Shown piece by piece: positions 1 to 11,299 of a stretch of DNA of 55,953 bases (the stretch's first letter is position 1; every line of letters begins with the position of its first letter). The stretch covers positions 1-55,953 of the forward strand of contig CDRNVI010000159.1 in NCBI GenBank assembly GCA_977017575.1, given 5' to 3'. The notes beneath the pieces are model-generated. The model did no database searches and was not told the DNA's origin. It saw only the letters and a list, made by a program, of their open reading frames with translations. Both the position numbers and the translations under genes were made by a program. Origin of the DNA: Paramoeba atlantica. Its lineage: Eukaryota > Protista > Discosea.

Positions 1-660
1 AGATGAGAGAGGAGCCATACAGAATATTGTGGAGGGAGAGAGGAGAATAGATCTGTTACATCTTTTTTTTCGCTCTCTGATAAAATTTCTCTCTTTTCTT
101 CTCCTTCCTAATGAGAGAGATTATTTAAATAAGAAAAGTGAACAAAAAGAGATCAGCGTTTCCATTGGAAAAGAGAGAGAAACCAAGAGAGAGGAACGGG
201 AGAAAGGAGAAGCTCCAGCACGTAGAAGAGCATTTGCAATTTGGGTTCTTCCCATCCACACTGCATAATTTAATAACGTTGTCTTTTGTCCTCTCGCTTC
301 TATTTCTTGTTTTTCCTCTTTTCCTTCGGTTGCCTTTTCTTCTTCTGCTCTTTGTCTTTTCTGTGAAATGAGAAGGTGAAAGAAAGAAAAGAAAAGATTG
401 AAAGAGAAATAGAGAGAGGAAAAACAAACCAGAGAAGAAGAGAGAAGAGGATGAGGAGGAGAAAGAAGAACATCCAAATCAAGAGAACTCAATTTCACAA
501 TCCCAAAAAGAGAGAGAACATTTTGATCAATCGCAGAAAGAAACTCTTTCTTTTCTTTCTCAATTAAAGATCTTCGTTGAGTGAGGTTGTGTTTTACATT
601 GTATTGTGCTTTATCTCTTGTTTCTCTTCTTCGAACTCCTGGTCTTCCTTTTCTCCCCAT
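1..660 (-). CDS. Ankyrin-repeat protein gene, 5' part (runs off the left edge); probable exons 660-430, 360-184, 107-<1
   Basis: Minus-strand frame contains TTLLNYAVWMGRTQIANALLRAGASPF, matching the ankyrin consensus. GT..AG introns with polypyrimidine tracts at 429-361 and 183-108 keep the frame open. The start ATG at 660 is inferred. Confidence 0.6.
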
Positions 661-1182
661 TTCTTTTCTTTCTTTTTTCTCAAAACCGAAAAACCCCTTC
701 AAAAAAAGGGGTTTTTTTGAAGAGACGCCGAACAATTTTCGACAAGTTGAAGGAACTGCCCAGGGGTTTTTTGTTTTTTTTTTCACAACCAACTCAATTT
801 GTTAGATTAGTTGAACAATTTTTTGATTTTTTGGAATGTCAAAAAAAAACTGTTTTACCCCCCCAATTTGAAATATCAAATCAAATTCCTGAGAGTTGCT
901 GAACCATTTTCTCAAAGTTTTGAAAGAAGAAAAGTTTCTCTTTCTTCATGAAGGAATTTATTTCGAGAGAGCTCTTGGGATTCAAGAGCAAACGCAACTT
1001 CCATTAACATCAAAAACCAAAAATCGAAAAAAAGGGAAAACTGGTGCACCAAAACAAAAACCTTCTTCTTGGTGGGGAGGGTAAAGAAGCAATCTTTCTC
1101 CAAAGAAGAAGAATAAGAAGCAATCTTTCTCTCCAATCTACAACAGCAGTAGTACTTGTTGATATATTATTGAAAAAGATTT

Positions 1183-1515
1183 TTATCGAATTGTTATGGA
1201 AGGCTTGGCAAGCCAATTCATTGAAATCTCTTCAAGAAAATTGCGGACATTCATTCGTTGGTCTCCCTGAAGCCAAATGACATTCCCCAATTTAGGATCG
1301 TCAAGAATTGTCCCGTTACAGAAAAAGATTTTTTTCCATGCACGAAGAAGCTTCTTACAATTATTATTGTTAATCATATCGAAAGGCAATCCCTCGACCG
1401 TTGTCACAACCCTCCTACCCCCACGTTGTTTGATTCGGATTTGAACTGAATTAAATCTTGTTTTTCTAAGTTTGTCTTGAATAACAAAGGGATCCAACTG
1501 ATTAGGATCACTCAT
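1183..1515 (-). CDS. SUI1: Translation initiation factor eIF1 (SUI1)
   Basis: 110-aa intronless ORF with VQIRIKQRGGRRVVTTVEGL, KKIFFCNGTI and VIWLQGDQR, the hallmark eIF1/SUI1 motifs. No internal stops, and CpGs are retained. Confidence 0.88.
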   Translation of the reverse strand: MSDPNQLDPFVIQDKLRKTRFNSVQIRIKQRGGRRVVTTVEGLPFDMINNNNCKKLLRAWKKIFFCNGTILDDPKLGNVIWLQGDQRMNVRNFLEEISMNWLAKPSITIR

Positions 1516-1789
1516 GGAATGAACAAGAAAGGGAGAAGGGAGTCGAAAAGAAAAACAAAAAAAAGAAATAGAAAAAGTTTGTTTTATTCTTTTCTTTATT
1601 TAGTAATGTGGTTTTTTCGGCAAAAACTATCTTCTTCAGCTAAAACAATTTTTGTACAATCCTTTGTGCCCACAAAATCTTTCACTTCTTTGTTTAACCA
1701 GATCTTCAGTATGGAGTGGTGCATCTTTACTACTAATACAAACAGAACAAAGAAACGGATCAGTTTAAATTTCCTAAATGTGGCTCTTC

Positions 1790-2653
1790 CCAATATTGGT
1801 GAATTTACAGGCTGTCTGAAAGGAATGCAATGCACCAGATCAATGATGAATGAGATTGAAGTTGTTGGGGATTGTATGATTCTCACCAAGGCTGCACCTA
1901 AAACCCATGCCATCAAAAACTACGCCTTGAATGAACTACTTTGTGAAATCCGTAAGTTAGCAATGTGCTTTGATGAGATAGAATTCATCCATGTACCCCG
2001 AGAACTTAACAAGCGAGCTGATGCAATTGCAACTGCTGCAAGTTGGTCTAAAGAGGATGGAACATGTGCTGTGAATGACTATCATTGGGATCCAAGATCA
2101 CAACATGTTGCAGAAACCAGTGAAGAGTGGATTATTTTGAATTCAACCCTGTGGAACTGGATCAATTCCCCTCTCACCCATGACTGGACTTTCCCCATCC
2201 CCCCAGGGAATTTTGTAAGGAAATTCCAAGGAAACACGGTGACAACCCCCCATGTTTTGTTTCTGGCCCAAACTGCTCTTGAGAATGCTCTAATCCTCCC
2301 TGTAATAATTACTAAAGATATCCAAGGATGGTTCCATCAGTCCCAAGAGAGCAATCTGGTGAGGAGCTTTATCGAGGAAGATTTTTGAAGGAATGTAATT
2401 AACTTCATAGAAACCTCCAAACTGAATTCACTCCCTGGTTTTAGAAGGTGGACAATCAAATGCAGACCCCTTAGTGAGAACTAAAGTTGGTAAAGAAACT
2501 CCAATGCATTTCATGCTGAAGAGATCTTTGGATCTAACTCTTAATTTATCTCCCCTCCCCCCCCCCTTTCTTCCCCCCTCTTTTCCATCCTAGAGATGGT
2601 TTTTTAACTCTAATAAATGGCACCTGGTGTCTGAACCTTTTAAAAAAAAAAAA
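1790..2653 (+). mobile_element. 5'-truncated LINE 3' end (RNase H domain, C-terminal tail, 3' UTR, poly-A), copy A
   Basis: Encodes NIGEFTGCLKG..VVGDC..HVPRELNKRADAIA (RNase HI motifs), homologous to the end of the full-length LINE ORF2. AATAAA at 2612 and poly-A at 2642-2653. Near-identical to the minus-strand copies at 20441 and 21665. The 5' boundary is approximate. Confidence 0.85.
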
Positions 2654-3300
2654 TCTCACAACCTAACACCCTCCCCAAGTGTACATTTCTACTGAAAATT
2701 ACATGACAAAACAAAAATCACAACAAAAACAAAAATAAAACTTCCAACAACCACTTACAACAACATTGCAGAACAAAAATAATCACTTCTTTTGACAAAA
2801 GTTATATTTCTTACTCATTGAAGCCTTCAGATGATATTTTCAAATCAAATCACCAGTAAAAAAGTCAGTTACAGGAATCCATGACTTTTCATCAAACCCT
2901 TTCCACTTAACTCAATATTCTTTCTTGCCAACAGAACCACAATCTTCTAAAATTTTCTCAACTTTATAAAGTTTTTCAACTTTAACTTCAACTTTTACCA
3001 CTTTCAATTGAAAAATTGGAACCTTGTTAGCATAGAGGGCCTTCATTAAATAAATCAAATAACTTTTAGTCTTTGGATCGTAACTCTTAATTTTAAAAGA
3101 TTTTTTCCATTTCTGTTGCCATTTTGTCTTTTTCACATCTACTTTTTTCATCACAGTTGTTCCAACTTTTACACAAAGGCAACAAGCATTACTCTTCTAA
3201 TACCTGGGTTGCTCTTATATGTATTTGATCATTTCCCAAAGTTAACCTTTGATTCTCTTCCAATCTCTCTTGTCAGATCAACTGAAATTCAAAAGAGACA
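2654..3300 (-). pseudogene. Remnant of a second gypsy chromovirus: integrase C-terminus, chromodomain, PPT and first bases of the 3' LTR
   Basis: Minus strand reads KLYKVEKILEDCGSVGKKEY*VKWKGFDEKSWIPVTDF (chromodomain), preceded by an SH3-like KWQQKWKKSFKIKSYD segment. This is followed by the PPT GGGGAGGG (2677-2670) and TGTTAG.., which is cut off by the LINE poly-A. Confidence 0.7.
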
Positions 3301-3919
3301 GACAAAACAAAAGCAAAACCAAATCAAAGATCAAATCAAAAATGTAAATTTATTCAAGGAAACAAACAAAATGAACATTTGCTCAAGAGAGAGAATGTGA
3401 GGGCAGTGAATAGACAGTTGAGATGTAATTGTGACAAGAATAAAAAGAAATACAAAAACAGTGTTTTTGTGGAAAGAAACAAGGACAAAATCAAATCAAG
3501 AAGGGATAAAATAAACATCAGGAAAAATAGAAAAAGGAAAAATAATACAAAGGGGAAAAATACAACAAAGAAAGGGAAAAAAGAGAAAGAAAGAGCAGTA
3601 ATCAATTGGAATCCATTTCTCTTGTTTATTGTTGTTCCTTTGTACAACATGCAAATATGATAACCAAGCCTCTTGAAAGAATCTTGCATGAGAGATACAT
3701 GAATGTTTGTTTTTTCAGATTGCATTGAAGTATTCATTGGATGGAGAGAACATAATAGTCTTTTTAGTTGAAATGTTTATTTCTTTAGGTCAAAACATGT
3801 AGAGTAGTAAAGGAGTTTTTATTGTCTTTATGAAGATTATTCATATGGAATAATCAACTAAGATTTTAATAAAAAAGCAATAAAAACTCACTCAGTCTTT
3901 TTTTTCAGTTTCTTTTTTT

Positions 3920-4238
3920 ATGGTTGATGCCATTCACCACCTTTGTTATTTACGAATGGTAGACACAAACCAGGATCAGAATAGAATTGCTGTGTTGGAG
4001 GGGCAGATGAAAGAGCTAAAACAGTTACTTGAAACTAAAGAGGCAGAATTGAAGCTTGTAGCTGACCAACACCCCTTGGTCTACAAAACCACAATCCAAA
4101 ATGTGAAACCAACTGTGGTCCTTAAGCAGCTCCTTTATAATATAGGCCCCTGATCCCTTGAGTGTGACTCCTATGACATAAGGTTAGTTGATAAGTACAT
4201 TGATAAGAAGACAGTTAAGATGCCTGAACTCTCACTAG
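3920..4238 (+). pseudogene. 5' half of a coiled-coil ORF interrupted by the gypsy element (continues at 20131-20440); possibly gag-like
   Basis: Removing 4239-20130 restores a continuous frame (..KMPELSL-DI*AEVRKNNSLRAKASGIHSSMQ..). The only breaks are TGA/TAG stops explainable by C>T. Family unknown. Confidence 0.5.
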
Positions 4239-4429
4239 TGCAATGGAGAAATCGATGACTCCTTGATAAAGACATCTATGCCTTTTTGATTTACTAAATA
4301 AAGAAGAATGAGTGCTGATGTGGAACCACCAAATTCTGAAACGGTCCAACATTCACTTTTCAAATTCTCAAATTGCACAACAACATTTTGATTGCTTTTA
4401 TTATTCACTGTAAAAACTATCATTTTACA
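4239..4429 (+). repeat. 5' LTR (191 bp)
   Basis: TGCAAT...TTTTACA. It differs from 19936-20126 at 10 positions by my count. Confidence 0.95.
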
Positions 4430-4431
4430 TT

Positions 4432-4449
4432 TGGAGGCTCCAATGGGAA
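4432..4449 (+). promoter_or_regulatory. Primer binding site, complementary to a tRNA-Thr-like 3' end
   Basis: TGGAGGCTCCAATGGGAA lies 2 nt after the LTR. Its complement TTCCCATTGGAGCCTCCA resembles eukaryotic tRNA-Thr 3' ends (..TCCCAGTGGGGCCT-CCA, U73 discriminator). Confidence 0.7.
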
Positions 4450-6041
4450 GGGATAAAGATAAGAAACAAAAAGAAGAGACCCCTAGTAAGACGAAAAAGT
4501 CACCTAAGAAACATCCTGGAATGCCCAAGCTCAGTCCTCCTTCTCTTGGTGAAACTCCCAGTGCTGAAAGTGATTCCCCTCTTGATTTTAGTACCCCCTC
4601 TCCCCTTCATTCTGATCCTTCTGGTCTTCTTGATTCCTCGGAAATGCAACTAGTAGTCATAAATGGCACCCTTTACCAGCAAAAGGTCAATGACAAAGGT
4701 AAAATTGAATTGATTCACCTGCCCAAAGTTGTGGTTGCTGCTTCGAATATGGGTGTGAGATGAACTCTGATCCAAGAACTCGATCAAAGTATCTTTTCAT
4801 CTTCAACAACACAAAACCATCATTTGGGAAAGGATGCTTTGGTACTGATACTGGATGAGAAATCCTTTGTGGCTGACAAAGCTCTCCAACAATCAATCGA
4901 AAGAGCGATCGATGGCCTCTCAAAGAATCTAACCAAAACAGAAAAGCTTGATGCTCTTTATCAAGTTTGGAAAACCAATGGGTGGCCAAATAATGAACTC
5001 GCTGTAACCCTCGCACGACCCAAGTTGATAGCATTTGGACTTGACATCATTGGTCATCCTCAAACCTTCCAGAAGTTGGTTTTTGATCTCTGTATGGCTT
5101 CAAGTCACATTTACAAACCCCTTGATACTGATACAAGTGCTCTTTACTCATACAAGTTCGATATCTCTGAGGACTTCATGACTCATACAATGAAGTTCTT
5201 GAACATTGCTGTCAAGGAAAAGGGGAGTGAGGACACCCAACTCGAAGAAGTTAGAGACATTTTCAAAGCCCAAGTACAAGATTCTTTGTACCATTGGGCA
5301 TGGGAGGGAGCAAAAGCTACAGCTAAAGGAGGTGACATGCTTTCTATTGCTCTGACTGTCTAGTACCAAAAGGACTACCCAATGAAACAACTCACTGATA
5401 AGACCTGAAACTCCCTTTCATTAGCCTTGAATCCTAATGGACAAGAGCTGAAAGAGGCAAGAAAGAGGGCATGGGAGTTGCAATGCTGAGCCTGTGAAGA
5501 CTTTGGTCATGTACCCAAAAATTGTCCTTTGGTGAAAGAAGTGATGCAAAAAGGGTTGAAATATTGCTGCCATTGTGGTAATCAAGACACCCACATTACG
5601 CAATGCTGCAAAATAACCAGAAAAAGGAAAAGAGAGTTGAAAGATCAAGGTCCAAGAGGACAACAAAAACAATAAGGTCAAGGTTCAAATAGAGACCAAG
5701 ACCTACATAAAAAAAGAAAACAAAAATTTGAAGAATTTGCCCACAAAATGGATGAAAAGATGAACCAACAATTCAATGAATTGAAAAGTCTCTTCATACA
5801 AAGTAGTGGTCAAACTCAACAAACTCCAATAAATCATGATACACTGTATTTTGATCTTTCTTGTAAAAATTCAAGTAAAAATCCTTCTCCACAAGAGAAA
5901 GAAAATACACAAGAGAAAGAAAATAGACAATTTATGGATGTCCATGATATCCCAACTGAACATTACAAAATGGCAATTAATTCTCCAGAATTAACCAATT
6001 CAGAACCCATTCGCATTCTCTCCTTAAGTCAAATTGAATAA
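4443..6041 (+). pseudogene. Gypsy gag (degenerate)
   Basis: ATG at 4443. ORF pieces 4392-4763 and 4824-5363 are in one frame. CCHC knuckle C*ACEDFGHVPKNC at ~5480-5530. Confidence 0.8.
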
Positions 6042-6059
6042 AAAGGAGAAGAAAGCTGT

Positions 6060-8470
6060 GATGTCAGGGGACCTCTGGAATTTGAGTCAAAAATAGACAA
6101 TCTAAATTCAACAACATGCCTTGACACAGGATCTGGAATTAATGCAATCAATTTACAACAATTAAAAAGACCTGGTATTCAAATATTAAGAAGAAGAAAA
6201 ATCCATACTTTAAAAGTCACAGTTGGAAATTCTTCTAAAGTTGTTGTAAATGAAGAAGTTTTACTGAGAGTAAAATTCTCACATTTTGAAGCCAATTTAT
6301 GGTTCTTCATATTTGACCACCTTCCTATTCAAATGTTGATAGGCTGGCCAGCTATGAAAAGACTAAAACTTGGAATGGATGGCAATTATATTCTGTGGCA
6401 AGAAAAAAAGCTTGTTCAGGCAAAGCCAAAAGAAAATAATCTTCAAATGAATGAACTTAGTCCGGACTTGGAACTTCTTGATGACAGAAGGAACTGAAGA
6501 AGTAAGACCCTGGTCACAACAGCAGTAACCAATGGCATTCCCCCAAGATCAGCTGTGATAGTGCCACTCACAGCAAAAGAACAAGTCTCATCACTGGAAT
6601 GTTTCTTCTTTCCAAGAGATAGTGGAAAAGGCAAATTAATTGCTCCACAAGGTCTTATCTCAATTACCCAAAAAGAAAGACCTGGAAGAAAGAAAAACAT
6701 CTATCAATCAAACATATTGGTAATTAATCCAACAAACAAATATGTAAAACTTAAAAAAGGATGGGAACTTGGTTCCATACATGAGATTAATGATGATGAT
6801 GTTGAACAAACAGAACTTCTTCAAATATCAAATTGTTTGCTCCTTGATCTTCAAGATATTCAACCTGTAAAAAAGGTGAATACAAAAGAACAAGATCAAA
6901 AATCAAAAGAAAAGAAATCATTTAATTCAAAAGTGGGAGCAAACTATTTTAAAGCTCTCAACAGCCCTTGGCTTGGTGCTTGGGTTGCTAAAGAAAATAA
7001 GATGTTGTTTCTTAAAGAGGGACGAAAACGCAAATTTTCAGAAAATTTTACAGAAGAAATCTCCCTGATTCAAAGTCAAAAACAACCCAAAATAAATCCA
7101 ACAATGGAAACAGATGCTTTTGATGAATCAAAGATAAATCAAGTTTTTGCTTTCCTTGCAAATCCAGAAAATGAACCACCAGATTTTGGTGAAGAAAATC
7201 AAATGAAATCTGAATTAAAAGAAGCATATGAGACATTTCAAATCAATGCTACAAACTTGAATTCTCAACAACAAATTAAATTAGCAGAACTGCTAACTGA
7301 ATTTAAAGACCTTTGGGATGAACAAAAAAGAGAAGGTCCATTGACCTGAACAACAGCAACAGAGCATAAGATCGAAACTGATGCAACTGCTAAATCGGTT
7401 TGCACAGTTCCTCAAAAAACAACTCCTGCTGAAGATTACATTATTTGGAAATATATTGATAAAATGGTGAAAAAAAAAGTAATTCAACCTTCAACCTCAC
7501 CATGGGCTTCACCAATTCTATTGGCAGACAAAAAGAATGGCAAAATCCGATTTTGTGTTGATTTTTGTCGTCTTAATAATGTCACAAAGAAGGATGCATA
7601 TCCTCTTCCAAGAATAGATACAATTCTTGGAGCCCTTGGCAATTCCTCATATTTCTCATCAATTGATCTGATGGATGCCTTTTGGTCAATTCTGATCCAA
7701 CAACAAGATGTTGAAAAAACAGCTTTTACAAGCAAATATGGACTTTGGGAATTTCTCTCAATGCCATTTGGATTGTGTAATGCTCCAGCAACACAATAAT
7801 GTTATATTGAAGCTGTATTGAATGGACTCATATGGAGATGCTGTTTTGCATATGTTGATGACATTATCTGTTTCAGCAATTCCTTTGAAAAACATTTAGA
7901 AGACTTGAGGGATATACTAGGAAGACTAAAGGAACATAATTTAATTTTACAACCTTTAAAATGTTCTTTCTGTAAACCAACTTTTGAAATACTTGGCTTT
8001 GTCGCTACAAAGGATGGTTTATCACCAAATCCAAAAAAGGTTGAAGCAATCCAAAATTATTCCCTTCCAAAATCACCAAAGGAGGTTGAGATATTTATAG
8101 AAATGGTTACTTGGTTGAAAAGATTCATACCAAACCTCTCCAAATTAACTTTTCATCTAAGAAAAGCAAAAACATTAAAAGAATCAAGATTTTTCCTATC
8201 AGAAAAAGCTGAAGAAGAATTTCAAATACTGAAAGACATACTCAAAAAAGAAACCTGTGTAGCACATCCAGATCTCTCAAAAAGATTCTTCATCCATGTT
8301 GATGCTAGTTCTCAAGGTCTTGGAGCTATCCTAACACAATTAGATGACAAAGGTTATCACAGAGTAATTGAGTATGCTTCAAAGGCATTAACATCAACTC
8401 AACAAAAATATACTAATCCTGTCAGAGAAGGATTAGGAATTATTTGGGCTTTAAAAAACTTTAAGTATTA
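6060..8470 (+). pseudogene. Gypsy pol, N-terminal part: aspartic protease, RT, RNase H
   Basis: LDTGS at 6120-6134. SPWASPILL, RFCVDFCRLN, MPFGLCNAPAT, and YVDD at 7851-7862. VDASSQGLGAIL..YASKAL..WALKNFKYY. Confidence 0.93.
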
Positions 8471-10881
8471 CACCGCATCCGATTTTTGAGAAAATGCGAA
8501 TTTTAAAAATAAAGTTCGGGCCCATTTTTTTTGGTAGCAATCCGGTGTTTAAAGGTGTCGTAAGCAACTTTTTGATGGTTGTTAAGGTGGTAATTTTGTG
8601 TTTTTTTTTCAGATATCAGATGCACAAACCCAGCACCCATAATTCAAAATCCATTTTCATTTTTCAAAGACTGTGTTTCCAAATGTAACTCAACTTGGTT
8701 AGCTCAAAACTTGGTGTATTTTCCCATCCTAAATAAAAGAGAAGAGAAAGCCCAATATCTTTTTTGTCACGATGAAGAACTGTCCCACAAGCAATTGAGA
8801 GCCAAAATTCTTCAATCAAGCAAAAATCTTTGTTGAAAGAGTCTTCGAGAAGGAGTTCAGGTCCGAACAGAGTGAGCAGTTTGTTTAGACATTTGAGAGA
8901 AAAACAAAAAACAAGAAGAAAAAAAAAGAAAAAAAAACAAAGGACTTGAACTAAATCGTTTTGGCTGTATTTTTCGAATAAAAAAAAAGAAAAAAAGTAA
9001 TCTGAAAAGAATCCAAGATGAAAATTGCTAATTTTTTTGCTTTTTTTTCTTTTAAATTTTTGATTCTTTTTTCAAAATGCTTGCCAGATTCAATCTCAAA
9101 AGAAAAAAATGAATTCAATCACAAAAAAAGAAAAGAAGGAGATTAAAAATGGAATTCTTGCTCTGTCAACCAATTCCCCATGATTCTTTGTTTTCTTCTT
9201 CATGGACATTATCACCAAAAAACCCTTTTCCTCTCTCGATGTTATTGTTTCCTCCTGTTCGTTTTTCAGAGCCATCTAAGGATAGTTATTCTACTCTCTC
9301 TCTCCTCCTTCACCTTTATTATTTGATCATTTTTGTTTTTCGACTGCACGAGAACTTGTAAAAACAAATAAGAGTTTGGTGTCTTGGAAAGTGCTTGAAG
9401 AGAAGGTTGTGTTTCCGTTTGATCATCTTGTTTTTCTTTTTCTTTCTTTTTTTTCTTTCGTTTTTCTCCCCTTTTTTTCTTTCTTTTTTTTTCTTCCTTT
9501 TTATTCTTCCTTTTTATTCTCTCTTTTTTTCTCCTTTTTTCTCCTTCCTCTTTTTTCTTTTCTTTTTTTTTTTATTATTCTTATCATTTTTAAAAATATC
9601 TTTTTTGAATCCACACAATACAGATTTCTAAAATTGTTGGAAGAATGAGTTGAAAGAAAGCAAGTGGTTCACATGGACTCTCAAAACCAATGGATTATTC
9701 AAAACTGGGACAACCACATTATTTTAACAAGGAAACCAGGAAAAAGCACTATTGTTGTTGAGAACTTATTTTAAAACCAAACCAGTAACAGTTTCTCCCC
9801 AAAATCCATCGCCGGCTTTGGAGCAGGAAGTTTTGGAAATGGAATTTCAAACTCTGGTGATTTCAAGTGTATTGGCTCCCCAGACAAAGGATCTAAGACT
9901 CACTGAAATATCATCACATCATTTGGATTTTTTAGTAACCCATATCATTCATCATCATATTCACAAACTGTGCTTGTTTCAAATCATCAGATTTCTCAAG
10001 GTTTTGAAAGTCTATTTATTAAATTTTAAGAAATTATAATCCTTCAAAACACACACAAAAAAAAAATGAATTAACCTTTTCGAATCGCTTTCTTCACAAC
10101 TCGCTTCCCAATGGGCAGACAATGAACGAGTTCTTGAATCAGTCTTTTTGAAATGCTGGACTTGAACTTTTCAAAAGTTCAAGTTCAGTGTTTCAAAAGG
10201 TTTATCCTCTTTAATCCGTGTTCCTTCATACCTTCGAAGAGATAAACCACTTTAAAGTTTGTAATCTCTTCTGTTTTCCTCTTGATTTGAGATGTAAAAG
10301 CTCTCCTTTCCCATTGTTTTTCATGAATAACAGAAGTGTTGATGATTGGAAGTTGTTCTATTTTTGTTCGGAAGAAAAATTGAAAAATTGTCATTTAAAA
10401 AGAAAGTTAAACCAGGTTGTTTTGTCCTTTTGACTTTTTTAATCTTTTTGATCTCTTTCCAAAAATCTTTTTGGTGTTTCTGTGAGATTCGGGTGTGCCC
10501 ATTTTCAAAAAATTGCCCAATCTATTTATTCTTAGACTTTAGAATATGGAGAAAAAAGTAGAACCAAAATAGAAAAGGACATCTTCTCTTTCAAGGGGAG
10601 ATATTGGCAGTTTGACCAACACTTTTTTAACACTTTTCAACATCTCTCCCATAAAAGTTGTTTTTTTGGTTCTTTAAAAATACATTATTTCAAAGAACAT
10701 CAAAAAACGAATCAAAATCAAAAAACAAACCTTGAAAAGACTTCAAACAAAGACCAAAAAAGTGGATGGCAGAAGCGAAGAGAAGCACGAAAGAAAAACA
10801 CGAGAAAACACAAGAATGCAAACACCGTCCAAAATAGGGACTCAAAAAAAGTGCGCGATTTTTGAAAAATCGAATGTGGTG
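8471..10881. mobile_element. Non-autonomous TIR DNA transposon (2411 bp) with CACC termini and 4-bp target duplication; Chapaev/CMC-like
   Basis: Left end CACCGCATCCGATTTTT; right end reverse complement CACCACATTCGATTTTT. ATTA is duplicated at 8467-8470 and 10882-10885. Excision restores gypsy RNase H codons K-Y-Y-V-H-G-R. No transposase is recognisable inside. Confidence 0.9.
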
Positions 10882-11197
10882 ATTATGTTCATGGAAGAGA
10901 ACCGATTGTAGTTTGCAATTGTTAAGCTCTGTGCTTGGTCTTCTCAAGAACTGGAACAAAAATCCTTGAACATGCAATGTTGTGTGATTGGGTTGCCTAA
11001 ACATTAGAATATAATCCTCTTATCATACATAAACCTGGAAAGCTGATGGCTATTCCAGATGCATTGAGCAGGCACTTTGTTGGATACAAAAACAACAAAG
11101 ATGAAAAGAAAGATTACATGACAAATTGTTTTGAAAAAATAATTGACCTTGTGCTAAACGAAATGTCAAAAAGCAGAGCAATGTTGAGGCAAAAAAA
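10882..11197 (+). pseudogene. Gypsy pol continuation: RNase H C-terminus and tether
   Basis: YVHGREPIVVCNC*AL...LEYNPLIIHKPGKLMAIPDALSR matches the end of gypsy RNase H. Confidence 0.88.
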
Positions 11198-11299
11198 AAA
11201 AAAAAAAAAAAAAAATAGGGGGTTCAAGATACAATTGTCTGAATTTTCTATCTTTTGTTGTAGTGTGTATTCTTGTGGCTGGTTGCCACAAAAAATATT

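Noticed and set aside
8700-10400. Coding capacity inside the TIR element
   Set aside because: Only short ORFs with no recognisable DDE or other domain. Captured fragments cannot be supported.
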